DNA of 64,000 nucleotides, taken from Heterodontus francisci. Its lineage: Eukaryota. Both the position numbers and the translations under genes were made by a program. The DNA is taken from assembly GCF_036365525.1 (NCBI RefSeq), contig NC_090390.1, positions 40,521,993 through 40,585,992 of the forward strand, given 5' to 3'. Positions 1 through 13,639 of the stretch are shown here, in pieces. Numbering within the stretch: the first letter of the stretch is position 1; the number at the start of each line of letters is the position of its first letter. The notes below the pieces were generated by a model. The model worked only from the letters and a program-made list of their open reading frames with translations, searched no databases and was not told the DNA's origin.

Positions 1-168
1 ACTGTGTAACAGCCCCGACAACTAATTTTATCTGCAGTGCCTGTGGAAGAGTGTGTCACTCTAGAATTGGCCTCTATAGCCACTCCAGGCACTGCTCCAC
101 AAACCACTGACCACCTCTAGGTGCTTACCCATTGTCTCTCGAGACAAGGAGGCCAAAGAATAAGAAGA
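1..168 (+). mobile_element. 3' end of RTE-clade LINE
   Basis: Encodes the C-terminal zinc knuckle FICSACGRVCHSRIGLYSHSRHC*, then a short 3' UTR and an aagaa-type tail. Confidence 0.75.
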
Positions 169-452
169 TTTACATTGCTGCTTCATTTTTTAAAAATGTA
201 TTCCATTTGATGGTGACCTCTTGTGGGTGATATATTGGAATACATTGGGATTTTAATCCCCAAGAACGGGTGGTTTGGGGCCAGGTGGGATTTTAACATT
301 GAAGTGCGACCTCAACCCGGCTCCAATGTCCCCACTTCCAGATTTAACAGAGGTGTCTTTGGCTGTGTGTGAGTAACCTGCTTGCCAGAGTCAACACAAT
401 CATTAGGACTGGTGAGTTGGTAATTATCACAGCTGCTAATATCATTATAATA

Positions 453-577
453 GCACCTGTGGAAGAGCCTGTCACTCCAGAATTGGCCTTTATAGCCACT
501 CCAGGCGCTGCTTCACAAACCACTGACCACCTCCAGGCGCGTATCCATTGTCTCTCGAGATAAGGAGGCCCAAAAAG
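453..577 (+). mobile_element. 5'-truncated second copy of the same RTE 3' end
   Basis: Near-identical to 38-158 and flanked by the direct repeat taatatcatta (437-447 and 578-588). Confidence 0.75.
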
Positions 578-1409
578 TAATATCATTAACACATGTTAAT
601 GAGGGGATTTTCAATTGAATTTACGCCTCGGAATAGATTTCCTGAGGCTCAGGAAACTCAGCGGTGAAAAGAAAGCAGAATTGAGTTGCACTTCATGCGA
701 GTTATAAAGTTCAGATTGGCTGATCTCAATAAAGGCTCAGTACTTTCAGTTGCCTCTGACGAATGTTTAGCAGAGAGGTCTTCACAGCATGGAGTGTTTT
801 GAGAAGTTTGGAGGCTTGGAATGGGAGGACCCATGAATGTTTTCAATGCTACATTGGATGAGAAAGACAATCACCATCTATGGTAGCGATGTCATGTAGT
901 TCTTCCATAGACATATATTGACATGGTATGTGGTCACAGACATCTTCAGCCTCCTTCAAGAAGAATTGCTCCCTGCTGGATCTGATGGCCTCGCATTGGC
1001 TGTCTCTGTAAAAGTCACGCCGCCCTCAATTTCTTTATCTCTGTGTGTCTTTTACGACCGCTGTGTAGCTTGGAGACACGAAACTAGTAAGTTATTCAAT
1101 CAAGTCAAAATTGGAGGATCCGACCCACTAACTTTCTTTCTGTGCTTGTATGTATTGGTATAAAACCTCTGCAAACAGCTGAACTACCAGGAAACTTCTG
1201 TGCAGCTTCTGGAAAGAGTTCCAGCTGCACTCATTAGCAGAAGACTGGGGGACAAACAGACAAGACATAACAGTGATTGGCTCTTTCACTTCACTCTCGA
1301 ATAACTTCACTGCTTGTCTTACTAATATTTTTATTATACCTGGGACAGAATTATGAACACTCAAGAACCATCTGTAGTCAGAGCGCATCAGGACATGGCA
1401 CCAAGCTAA

Positions 1410-1610
1410 AGAGAAAGAATCCACAACTTCATTCATGCAGACCTTCAAGCTCCTCTGGAGGGTGTTGAAGGGAGGATGTGGATGTGGGTGCCACCATTTC
1501 TACAAGAAAGTAACTCAGCTGCCTGGAGAGAGGTGACACTGGCACTATGTGCCAAGTACCTAACATCCAGGACTGCAGTCCAGTTCATTGACCTCACCAG
1601 GGCTGACCAG
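1410..1610 (+). pseudogene. Decayed Harbinger Myb/SANT-like DNA-binding ORF
   Basis: FIHADLQAPLEGVE...AAWREVTLALCAKYLTSRTAVQFIDLTRA follows the pattern F..A.L..LLE.V...AW.EV...V.A.....RT..Q....F.DL.R. Confidence 0.55.
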
Positions 1611-1649
1611 TTAACACACTTTTTTTCCTTTCTCACCTTGGGAACCAGC

Positions 1650-2442
1650 ATAAGTGGCAAGTAACATTTGCGCCACACAAGTGCCAGGCAATGACCATCT
1701 CCAACAAGAAAGAATCTAACCATCTCCCTTTGACATTCAATGGCATTACCATCGCTGAATCCCCCACTATCAACATCCTCAGGGCTACCATTGACCAGAA
1801 ACTGAACTGGAGTAGCCATATAAATACCATGGCTACAAGAGCAGGTCAGAGGCTAGGAATCCTGCGGTGAGTAACTCACCTCCTGACTCCCCAAAGCCTG
1901 TCCATCATCTACAAGGCACAAGTCAGGAGTGTGATGGAATTCTCTCCACTTCCTGGATGGGTGCAGCTCCAACAACATTCAAGAAGCTCGACACCATCCA
2001 GAACAAAGCAGCCCGCTTGATTGGCACACCATCTACAAACATTCACTCCCTCCACCACCGATGCACAGTGGCAGCAGTATGTACCATCTACAAGATGCAC
2101 TGCAGCAATACACCAAGGCTCCTTAGACGGCACCTTCCAAACCCACGATCTCTACCACCTCGAAGGACAAGAGCAGCAGATGCATGGGAACATCACCACC
2201 TGCAGGTTCCCGTCCAGGTCACACACCATCCTGACTTGGAACTATATCGCCGTTCCTTCACTGTCGCTGGGTCAAAATCCTGGAACTCCCTTCCTAACAG
2301 CACTGTGGGTGTACTTACCTTACATGGACTGCAACGGTTCAAGAAGGCAGCTCACCACCACCTTCTCAAGGGCATTTAGGGATGGGCAATAAATGCTGGC
2401 ATAGCCAGTGACGCCCACATCCCATGAATGAATTTTTAAAAA
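1650..2442 (+). mobile_element. 5'-truncated CR1/L2-group LINE (family B), RT C-terminus and 3' end
   Basis: WMGAAPTTFKKLDTIQNKAARLIG...SWNSLP and the 3' end catcccatgaatgaa. Same family as the copies at 9237, 15735, 46531 and 61051. Confidence 0.85.
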
Positions 2443-2807
2443 TCCTCTTGTGGGACAAATGAAAAGAGAAGATTAAGCACAAGGATACCAATGTCCAGCA
2501 GCTGAGTTATCCTGCCCCACTTGATCCAACTGACAACCAAAGTCACTTGCCCCCTCTCTCCAAGACACGTAACCTGGGGCAATTTTCCAAATGGGACATG
2601 TTATTAAAATGTGGGCAAAAATTGAAAAGCTTGCTATACATTGATATCTATTTCATGCTTTCACACAGGAAATTCTGGAAGATGGTGTTTGCTCTAAGGT
2701 TGAGAGTTTGTTATGCGATGAGAGGTACAAAGCAAGAAAGGTAAGCAGCTACAATAGGTGACAGTATGACCAGGTCCAACTTGTTGATAGCTAGTGTAGA
2801 CATTATG

Positions 2808-3256
2808 GGGACATTTTCAACTTTGACAGGTTGTGGATTGCCACCCTATTGTTGACTTCAGTGGAAAGGAATAACTGACAGGATGTGTAACAGGTGGGTG
2901 TGTAACAGTCAGGGTGTGTGACAGGAGAGTTTGTAATAGTCAGGGTGCATTACAGGTGGTTGTGTAATGGGTGGGTGGGTGGGTGTGTAATGGGTGGGTG
3001 GGTGTGTAATGGTCAGAGTGTCTAATGGGCAGGGTGCCTTAATGGGTGTGATGCGAGGAGGGCTGGATGTGTAATGGGCGGTGTGTGTAACGGGCAGGTG
3101 CCTAAATGGGCAGGGTATGAAATGGACAGAGTGTGTAATGAATGGGTTGTGTAACTGGTAGGTGTGTAACCGGCAGGGTGTGCTGTGGGCGGTCATACAG
3201 GAAGCCAGTCTGCTGCCACTTGTTATCTGACCCCATTGAAGTTGAAAATTATGTCC
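2808..3256. mobile_element. MITE with an internal degenerate tandem array
   Basis: Terminal inverted repeats gggacattttcaactt and aagttgaaaattatgtcc. The interior (2880-3195) is built of ~16-bp gtgtgtaa(t/c)gggcagg-like units. Confidence 0.6.
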
Positions 3257-4481
3257 TATGTTTCTAGTTTTATGAACTCTGTTCTAGATCCTTACATGAC
3301 TGAGTAAGATAGTTATTGGTCCCAATATCGACAGGGAACAGGCTTTATAGGTGGGTGGGGGGAGGAGGGGTTAAGGATGGGAAACACAAAACTCTGGGTT
3401 TGCCCACATGCTGTGGAGTTCTGACTCCAAAGCATGTGTCTTTTTTTAAAAACAGGTTCCCCACCTGGAAGGCAGCCTGATTGACAGGCTTAGCTCCCTG
3501 TTGGGTGGGGAACACTCTGGAGGAGGTTGCAATGGCAGGAGAAGGTAAGGAACCTGCTGCTGCAATAATGGGAGTGTACAGGGTTCGAATCTTTTGGCGG
3601 GGGGTGGGGGGTGGTTTTGATTTCTAATCCAATGGAGTGAGGGCTGGGGTGGGGTCAGATCCCAGAGGTGGGAACCTTTGAAAGGGGCCGGAGTGGGGGG
3701 GTGTCCCGATGGTGGAGGTGGCGTGGGGTCGGGAGTTCAAATGGTTGGGAAGAAAATAGCTTGGTGGATAGGGAGGAAGAACTCCTGCTCCTCCTGACCC
3801 ACAAGCAGTGCTGTAAAGGCACTTTCCTTGGCCATAAAACTTTGCTCACCTCTCTTAAGCTTCAGAGAACTGAACTTGGGAACCTGGCTGTAAAACAGAT
3901 TAAATGTGAAGCTCCCATTCTCACTATAATGTTTCAGTGGAAAACCAGCTTCGTGGAGTGGGTTAGCAGCCTGCCCCACGTCCTGCCTCCATTAAACCTG
4001 GGAGTGGGAGGTTGGTGGTGGTTTGGGGTCTGGTTTGAGATTTTTAAAATTGTTGCAACTCACTTGACCCCAATCCACCTGTTTTGGGGGTTTTAAATTA
4101 CCCTCATTATGTGGTAATCAAGACCCTATAGCATAAAGAGGGATACATGCACCCAAAATAGGTTGGCTTTGGCACTTAATATTTCTTATCAATCAAGGAC
4201 GAGCTTATTGAAGCTGATTATATGTAAATCTATAGGAACCTTGGAATTGAATTTAGTGTGAGACAAAAAAGACGGTGTTAACAAGATTATAATAGCTATT
4301 TATTTCAAGTTAGTAAAATTATGACAGAAAAGGTTTGCAATTTTATTTGCAGCGTTTTGTCCCCCTATAATATTTTGATGTATTTGTTGAAAACAATGTA
4401 AAAATAATAACAATCAATATGCGAAGTACAACCTCTGGCAGAGTAAACTGTATCCAGTTAATGTAATTTATTTTACTGTAG

Positions 4482-4646
<165 letters not shown>

Positions 4647-4825
4647 TAATGACCTAATAATCAAACATATACACTATTATAATTCTGCTTACCTTGATTT
4701 TCTCATTGCCTCCATACTCCACAGAAGGTACATATTATGAAGCAAAGATGTAGTCAAAATTGTTTTGGGTATGGATTGATGTGATGATCTTTGTGGGGCA
4801 TTAATGGCAGGTTGGGTTGGACTTT

Positions 4826-5745
4826 CATAGAACATAGAACATTACAGCGCAGTACAGGCCCTTCGGCCCTTGATGTTGCGCCGACCTGTGAAACCATCTG
4901 ACCTACACTATTCCATTTTCATCCATATGTCTATCCAATGACCACTTAAATGCCCTTAAAGTTGGCGAGTCTACTACTGTTGCAGGCAGGGCGTTCCACG
5001 CCCCTACTACTCTCTGAGTAAAGAAACTACCTCTGACATCTGTCCTATATCTATCACCCCTCAACTTAAAGCTATGTCCCCTCGTGTTTGCCATCACCAT
5101 CCGAGGAAAAAGACTCTCACTATCCACCCTATCTAACCCTCTGATTATCTTATATGTCTCTATTAAGTCACCTCTCCTCCTCCTTCTCTCTAACGAAAAC
5201 AACCTCAAGTCCCTCAGCCTTTCCTCGTAAGACCTTCCCTCCATACCAGGCAACATCCTTGTAAATCTCCTCTGCACCCTTTCCAAAGCTTCCACATCCT
5301 TCCTATAATGCGGTGACCAGAACTGCACGCAATACTCCAGGTGCGGCCGCACCAGAGTTTTGTACAGCTGCAGCATGACCTCGTGGCTCCGAAACTCGAT
5401 CCCCCTACTAATAAAAGCTAACACACCATATGCCTTCTTAACAGCCCTATTAACTTGGGTGGCAACTTTCAGGGATTTATGTACCTGGACACCAAGATCT
5501 CTCTGCTCATCTACACTACCAAGAATCTTCCCATTAGCCCAGTACTCTGCATTCCTGTTACTCCTTCCAAAGTGAATCACCTCACACTTTTCCGCATTAA
5601 ACTCCATTTGCCATCTCTCAGCCCAGCTCTGCAGCCTATCTATGTCCCTCTGTAACCTACAACATCCTTCGGCACTATCCACAACTCCACCAACCTTTGT
5701 GTCATCCGCAAATTTACTAACCCACCCTTCTACACCCTCATCCAG
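4826..5745 (-). mobile_element. 5'-truncated CR1 LINE (HER1-like), RT C-terminal region still open
   Basis: SKFADDTK, LYKTLVRPHLEYCVQFWSP, FFTQRVV..WNALP and a (ctatgtt)n tail. Confidence 0.92.
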
Positions 5746-6547
5746 GTTTCCTCTATGATCCTGCCAAATATTGCCAAGAAAATGGTGCCACATGGCCTAC
5801 CATCACCTGACCTTGACTTCCCTCCCCAGCCCTCGGCCGGGATCAGTGCTAGCCAATCTTTTCCTGCCCATTTAAAAGGCTGGTGGGGCCTCAGCTTGAA
5901 ACTTATTTCACTGTATCCACTCTTGTTAGCATAGCTTATCAGGACTGTCTGGTGGAAGGTGCCATTAGGCCGGGATGCTGACAGGAAGGCTTCAGAATTC
6001 TTCAAATGAAGAAAGAGGGCCTAGTCGAGGCTTCCTCTCATCCCACTTCTGCCCCAAGCTTCACTTGTCTCGACTTAACATCAGCAAAGGCCTAAAAATA
6101 AAAATAAAATGTTTTGGCTTTAGGGCCCTTTGTTGCCTCTTTGGGTAATGCAGTGATGTACGCACTGCAGTGCTCCTGTGATTTTCCTCCATTGTACTGG
6201 TAGGCTCCCCTTTGATGATTGGAATCCTTCTTTTAAAATAACCTCAACCTGGGAAATTGGTTGAGATAGCATAGGAAATGTGAACGGAAATTCCACCCAC
6301 CAGAACATTGTTGCAATTCGCCCATTGCCTCTGAATTATTATGGTGGTTAAATCTTCTAATTGCTGAATTTCTCTTTAAACCTGTAGCATACCAAATGTG
6401 TTTTGACATATTTTGCAGAATGGCATTGGATTAAATTATATTACTAATCGTGTTAAAATAGAATAACTTTCTTACAAAACTACATCACTCTCCATTATTT
6501 AGGATGAGAATGCCATTTAGATTTGACAAGAGACTTCAGGAAAAGGC

Positions 6548-6908
6548 TTTAGATTAGATTAGATTAGAGACACAGCACTGAAACAGGCCCTTCGGCCCAC
6601 CGAGTCTGTGCCGAACATCAACCACCCATTTATACTAATCCTACACTAATCCCATATTCCTACCAAACATCCCCACCTGTCCCTACATTTCCCTACCACC
6701 TACCTATACTAGTGACAATTTATAATGGCCAATTTACCTATCAACCTGCAAGTCTTTTGGCTTGTGGGAGGAAACCAGAGCACCCAGAGAAAACCCACGC
6801 AGACAGAGGGAGAACTTGCAAACTCCACACAGGCAGTACCCGGAATCGAACCCGGGTCCCTGGAGCTGTGAGGCTGCGGTGCTAACCACTGCACCACTAT
6901 GCCGTCCC
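6548..6908 (-). mobile_element. tRNA-derived V-SINE (HE1-like) with CR1-type tail
   Basis: On the minus strand: A box (tggtgcagtgg), B box (ggttcgattcc), V-domain gtgtggagtttgc, tail gggccgaagggcctgtt and (tctaa)n. ggcttt occurs on both flanks. Confidence 0.85.
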
Positions 6909-7156
6909 TGGGCTTTGATCTTGGATAGTTATTTGATATGGATTGGATGAGATATTAACTCATTCAAAACCCATCCACTTGCACAGAGTTAAAATTGGGC
7001 TCAAGAGTCTGGTCAGAAAAATAAACTGATGTAAATATCATGCAATGGTAATATTTTATGCATAAATTAGCAAAATTCTCACTATATCAGAAATTCTTAC
7101 TGACAGAAGCAAAAGAAAAGCATTGTTATAAACATTTCCTCAGATATTTTGATGAG

Positions 7157-7314
7157 CAATGTTCCCTCTCAATTTTTGTCATCGTGCAGGGCCTGTTGAT
7201 ATTCAGTACGGAGTATCTTTAAATTTTTTGGGGGGGCTGCATACGCATAGTATCTCAAAGGAAACAGGTTGTGAGTGGCCTGCATGGTACCTTTGCAGCT
7301 GATAGGGAACATTG
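7157..7314. mobile_element. Small MITE (hAT-like ends)
   Basis: Perfect 11-bp TIR caatgttccct / agggaacattg, with tgag on both sides. Confidence 0.6.
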
Positions 7315-7572
7315 TGAGGTATCATTATACTAAGGTATAGGATAAATAATAACAGAAACGTTAGCAGTTACCTACACTTTCAAAGGAGTTACCTCTTACA
7401 GGGCAAGTCAGAGTCAAATAATTGGTTATGTTCTGCTCATTGATGTTTATTATTTGCACCATTGTTTGAACAAATAACAGCTGAAGTGGTTTTAGTATGA
7501 TCAGTATTCAGGGCCTCAGAATACTGAGCAGATTTTGCTACAGCAAAGAGACATCGAACAAGCAATGCAGAA

Positions 7573-7995
7573 TGTAGCATTATAACCAGAGTTATGGCCC
7601 AGTGAAGGAAGTGATAAGTATTAGCTTAAGTACCATCTATTCAAGGGAAAAAGGAGATGGGGATAGGCATGGCCTTCTTCATATTATAATAAAGCTGAAC
7701 AGGTCAATGACTAAATTATTGCTTTGGGCAAAGAAGTTCCATCCAAAAACTGGTGGAGACAGTCTGGGACTAACAAACTGGCTGGGAATTGGAATGCTCC
7801 TATAGGGTATGTGGGCTGGGTCTATATAAAAGAAACAGCGTATGGGTAGAACCCCACTCCTTTGAATCCAGAGGTAACTGAAACGGCTGAAGTAAGTGTT
7901 TTATACTGAAACAAGGCCCAATGTAACCTTGATTGGTGGGACTGCTCCAATCTCTATTCCTGCATGGTTATGTTTAAATAAATCAGCCTGCCACA
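7573..7995 (+). mobile_element. Possible solo LTR
   Basis: Ends tgtagca...tgccaca (6/7 inverted match), internal tatataaaa and aataaa near the 3' end. No clear TSD. Confidence 0.35.
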
Positions 7996-9236
7996 GAGTA
8001 GGAAATTGTAGGCCTGATTTCCTCCCCTCAATCCGCCTGGGCACAAGCCAACAGAACTAAAGCACAGTCCACCTGACCTGACCTGACCTGAACTCCACTG
8101 TATTTCCAAGTTCAGGTCATTTTAATGTCCTGACATACTCCTTGAATGGGGTTTCTATCTGGAAATGGGTGTAGAAAACCAACTGTTACTTGCAGCAACA
8201 GTAATGGTTGTGAGCTTCAGAACCTTGTGATTGCTATCCACAAATAGCAATCAGAAGACCTCCAGCCCAAGTAGTCTTCCTGCTGTCTGTGAAAAATATG
8301 ACACATACTTTTCCTTGTTGTCCATGGCCTTGCTCCCTGACCTCAACCCTCCATTCTGAGCAAGGCAGAGGTAAGTATTAATTGTATGTCTGCCAAGTAA
8401 TGACCCAGAGAAATGAGGTGAGAGATATATTCTGTCTCATTTTTACAGCTTTTGATTGCTTGCACATGCTTCACGTATAAGCACCTGAGGAAAATCCCAG
8501 AATGATGATGGCAAAACAGAAGGTGGAGAAATATAGCTCAATGCTTTGTGCCTGGGAAATATATGGCAGGTCCTGGATTTGTGTCCGAGTAAATATAACT
8601 CGAAGCCTCAGGACACTCAATGTATGGTTGGCAGAAGTACATGTAGATGTGGCATATCACTCTGATGACTGGTGTAATATGGGGACTACCTGAAGGTTCA
8701 GGCATGAATCAAGGCCAGAACCCCACCCCAAATTTATCCCATTTTTATTTTTCAAGGGGGCTATGTGGAAGCAGCATCAAATGGTTCTTTCTGGGAGCAA
8801 AAGAGGAACTGGGCACTTGTAACCTTGCATTCCTCTGCCTGACCTCCAGCCTTCCTGATACAGTAATTACCCTAGATGTGTGCCCAGTAGCCTGGACACA
8901 AATTAATAGAATTAAAAGTAGGGAAGCTCCTGCTGACCCATCTGCTGGGATCAGCTATGGCGATTTCCAACCGGCATGATCATGGCAAAATTACCAAGCT
9001 CACTGGCTTATGGATTTTCAGGGCCTATGATTCTAATAGGTACTAGAATTATTATTACTCGTAGACATGTGTTACAGAGACTGGACTATTGAAACCTTCT
9101 AACATAAGAGCCTGAGGTCAAACTTTGCTAACATGTGTAAGGTATTGTTTGTCTTTTGCCTTTGTTACCTGGGAAGTACACGGATGGCACATGAAACCAC
9201 ATTGCCTTACCCATGCAAGCCAGATTACAGTTAACT

Positions 9237-9906
9237 ACCAACATCCTGGGGTTACCATTGACCAGAAACTGAACTGGAGCAGCCACATAAATACTGTGGC
9301 TACAAGAGCAGATCATAGGCTGGGAATTCTGTGGTGAGTAACTCACCTCCTAATTCCCCAATGCCTGTCCACCATCTAAAAGGCACAAGTTTGGACTGAT
9401 GGAATACTCTCCACTTGCCTGGATGGGTGCAGCTCCAACAATACTCAAGAAGCTCGACACCATCCAGGACAAAGCATCCTGCTTGACGGGTACTCCATCC
9501 ACCACCTTCAACATTCACTCCCTTCACCACCGACGCACAGTGGCAGCAGTGTGTTCCATATACAAGATACACTGCAGCAACTCACTAAGGCTCCTTCAAC
9601 AGCACCTTCCAAACCCACGACCTCCACCGCCTAGAAGGACAAGGGCAGCAGATGGGAACATCACTACCCGCAAGTTCCCTCCAAGCCACACACCATCCTG
9701 ACTTGGAACTATATTGCTGTTCCTTCACTGTCGCTGGTCAAAATCCTGGAACTCTCTTCCTAACAGCACTGTTGGTGTACCTACACTCCGAGGACTGCAG
9801 CGGTTCAAGAAGATAGCTCACCACCACTTTCTCAAGGACAATTAGGGATGAGCAATAAGTGCTGGCCTAGCCAGTGATGCCCTCATCCCATGAATGAATA
9901 AAAAAA
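9237..9906 (+). mobile_element. 5'-truncated family-B LINE
   Basis: MEYSPLAWMGAAPTILKKLDTIQDKA and tail catcccatgaatgaataaaaaaa. Confidence 0.85.
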
Positions 9907-10327
9907 CATCCCTACACACAATTGTGCTTTCAAGTTTGGAAGCAATTAGTCAACCTGTGTGGCTCATTGGAACTAGTCGATCACACATTAAATTTATTAC
10001 TGGCATGAGTCCAATCTCCTCAAAAGCTGATAAACTATAATGAATTTAATACATGTCTGGACATGAATTTCTAGATTTTAGAAAATTTTGCGGGAGCAAC
10101 TTGGAATCCTTGGGATTACTGCCCAAATTATAAACCAATACGTTCAAACTTAACTTACAGACCTTCTTCTCTGTGCATTTTAATTTGTATTAGGGTGTTT
10201 TCTGCTGTTGGGATGAAAAAATAGTAGAATGTAATGGTCATTTTATTCAAATTTCAGTTTTAACCAGGGTTAAAAATTTAAGATGCAGCCACACATCAAA
10301 GTGCTAATGAAACATTCCTCTCTTTAG

Positions 10328-10460
10328 GTTTTTTGTACTATGAAGACATCAATAATGCTGTAACAAAAGCAGAGGCAGATGCTATGGTTCAAATTATAGA
10401 AAATATTGTCCATGAGTGCACACCTGACTCCAGTGTGACTTTAACAGGGGGGTTTAGAAG
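10328..10460 (+). CDS. DNTT: Next internal exon of TdT; equivalent to mammalian exon 7
   Basis: Acceptor cctctctttag and donor AG|gtgagt flank 133 bp. Phase 1 start joins the previous exon in frame: (G)FLYYEDINNAVTKAEADAMVQIIENIVHECTPDSSVTLTGGFR(R). GFLYYED is TdT-like and TGGFRR is the Pol X nucleotide-binding motif. Confidence 0.9.
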
Positions 10461-11044
10461 GTGAGTAAAATGGAGAAATTCTAACAAGCTTCTAACATAT
10501 TGTTTTTATATATGTCTCTGTTATAATTATTATTTCTAGCTGCAGACTGCCTGATTGAAGAAGAAACCTGGTAGCTGAAAGAAATGTAAAATTATCTGAG
10601 TAATTTGATAGGCTGGTGTTGTAGTATTTGTTAGTGCGGGAATTGTATCTTTGAAAAAAGCCTAGGGCTTTGATTACTTGATTTTCTGCTGGGTTGTTGT
10701 TTGGTACTTTGCATTTTTGATCTCTTCATATTGTTTTGAATGAATATTTGATTATTAGTTTAAGGACTAGACTTCTTTTTTTCAGCCAATCACTAATTTG
10801 CACGCTCTGAACGTAAGATATTTTGAAGTGTGACATTTATGAGGTGTGATGCTTTTCAAAGGCATGTGCTAGTTGCACACGAGCCGCACATCATTAATTA
10901 TGTAGCTACACTGACTCTTATATATGGTAAATATTTCTGTTTTATATAATTTAAAATATTACTAGCCATATAAAACACAAGATTATTTCCAAGGATACAT
11001 TAGAAATCAATTGCTCTTGTATAATTTACAGTATATAACAGTAT

Positions 11045-12120
11045 TACATTGCATATTTATATAACGCCTTTAACATAATAAAACGTCCCAAGGTGCTTCA
11101 CAGGAGTGTTATGAAACACAATATTACACCAAGCCACATAAGGAGATATTAGGTCAGACGACCAAAAGCTTGATCAAAGAGGTCAGTTTTAAGGAGTCTC
11201 TTAAAGGAGGAAAGCAAGGTGGAGAGGTGTAGAGAGGGAATTCCAGAGCTTGGGGCCTAGACAACTGAAGGCGCAACTACCAATGATGGAGCAATTAAAA
11301 TTGGGGATGCTTAAGAGGCCAGAATTGGAGAACTGCAGATATCCTGGAGGGTTGTGTGACTAGAGGAGATTACAAAGTTAGTGAGGGGCAATGCCATGGA
11401 GGGATTTGAAAACAATGATGATAATTTTGACATCAAGGCATTGCTTACCAGGAGCCAAAGTAGAGCAGTGAGCACAGGGGTGATCGGGAACGACACTTGG
11501 TCGGGCAGCAGAGTTTTAGATGACCTCAAGGATAAAGAGGGTAGAATGTGGGAGACCAGCCAGGAGTGCATTAGAATCTTCAAGTCCAGAGGTAACAAAG
11601 GCATGAATGAGGGTTTCGGCAGCAGATAAGCTGAGACGGGGACAATGTCGGGTGGTGTTACGGAGGTAGAAGAAGGCAGTCTTAGGGATGGTGTGAATAT
11701 GAGGTTGGAAGCTCATCTCTGGGTCAAATGCAGCACCAAAGTGATGAATAGACTGGCTTAATCTCAGACTGCTGTCAGAGAGAGGGATGGAGTCGGTAGC
11801 TATGGAATGGAGTTTGGAGCTGGGCCAGACAGCAATAGCTTCAGTCTTCCCAATATTTAATTGGAGGAAATTTCTGCTCATCCAGTACTGGATGGCGGAT
11901 AAGCAGTCTGATAAATTAGCAACAGTGGAGGAGTTGAGAGAGGTGGTGGTGAGGGTGTCATCAGTGTACATGTGAAAACTAACACCGTGCTTTCGGATGA
12001 TGTCGCTGAGGGGCAGGATGTAGATGAGAAATAGGAGCAGGCCAAAGATAAATCCTTGGGGGACACCAGAGGTAACGGTGCGGGATCAGGAAGAGAAGCC
12101 ATTGCAAATATACTCTGAAT
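11045..12120 (-). mobile_element. L2 LINE 3' fragment
   Basis: MYTDDT...[27 protein letters not shown]...[21 protein letters not shown] and an L2-type 3' end (aggcgttatataaat). Confidence 0.85.
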
Positions 12121-13034
12121 CTGATTATATTCACGTTTTCGTAGCATGCCCTTCACACCAATTAAAATATATCAATATTCAAGTTTTTAAAACTCATACA
12201 ATAAATAATTCTGTTTGTTTAATACTGAGCATAGTTCATGGGATTTTGCTTATATTTTGATATGTTTTTGTATTTCACAAATTTTTAGTGAACAAAGTTT
12301 GTCATGGTTGTAGATCCGAGAAATCGGATAAGCTGAATCCTTCAATGTGAATAATGCAACAGTTAGACTCTGAGATTCATTATTGGATCTTATATTGCCA
12401 GTTTATAACACTGTAAATTATTTAACAGATTTATGTCAACCAATACCATTTTGATGCAGCATTCAACAGGGAGATCATGTAAAATGACCAAGACATCATT
12501 ATTTAATGCATTTTATTGAATCTTTCACTATTAATCATAGATAATACCATGGTTTCACTTATATTTGTATAACTTGTAAGGAATGCGGTGAAAGGAACAA
12601 CAATTGATACAGCTGAAATATTAGATAAAATACCAGCTACTTTGCCAGGACTGATGCCTTGCCAAAGGGAATTGTGAGCTGACAGCATTGAGTTAAACAG
12701 TGTATTTGCACCACTCTCTTGTGAGAGGAGAGAAGACTTACATCGTGTGTATATGTGCTAGAATATTCAGAGAACTCTGCTTTTCTGCTGGTGACATTTT
12801 TAAGGTTACAAAAATCAATGTGACAGGCTGAGTAAAAGGCTGTAATTTAAATACCAAATTTATCTTTACTTTCATGACTTAAAACCCAGGCTTTCCTCCT
12901 CCTCCCTGCCCACTAACAATGTTCCCACTCCCAGGCTCATATAGGAAGGATGGCCACATGGGCAAGGTATTAAGGAAATGTACAACTGTATTCCAGAAAG
13001 ACTCACTAATTCAGGAGAGGAGCAAATGTTAATC

Positions 13035-13251
13035 TGTTAATTGTGTATCAATGGTTTGATTATATGCAGTTGAAGGGTGTTAATTGAGATCTTAGTTGAG
13101 CACTTATAAGCAGACACTCACTGAGACAGGTGGAGGGTTTGAGTGAGGAACGACATGTTTGTAATTCTTTTTACCCTGCACGATAAATGTGAAACTGAGT
13201 AAATATAGGCTTTAGCATTATCCTTCCATAACAAACTTTTTGGAGCTAAAC
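13035..13251 (+). mobile_element. Short solo-LTR-like element
   Basis: Ends tgttaattg...aaaca. Similar along its length to the reverse complement of 21304-21521. Confidence 0.5.
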
Positions 13252-13639
13252 AGCAAACAGAGAATAATGACTTACTTTTAGTTCATAAACTCTGTGCGCA
13301 ACATCATTAGTTTTGTTACATTACTATTTTGGTAAAATAGCTCTCAAGATACATCACTACATTGAGAACAGTATGCAATGACTTTGCTGCTGTGAATTTA
13401 CATCACTATTCCTGTGTTGATTGCATATGTTTCTTAAAACATAGCAACTAATATTCAACTGGTTTGAAAAAGGCATGAATCTTCACAGATATAGCATCCT
13501 GTTACTGAAAAGTTTTCAGCTCTAGCTGTTCGACGAATTGAGCCTGTTGTAAAAGTCTTGCTAAATTGGACGAAAGTGTCCTTTAAAGATTTCTGGGTAT
13601 ATTTTCCTCTTTCAAACGATAAGAGGTTACTGATGCTGA

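Noticed and set aside
4903-5793. 296-aa ORF as a possible host gene
   Set aside because: It is the CR1 RT C-terminus, with the first ~16 codons read in from flanking DNA.
6830-6908. tRNA-like A and B boxes
   Set aside because: This is the head of a SINE, not a full cloverleaf tRNA gene.
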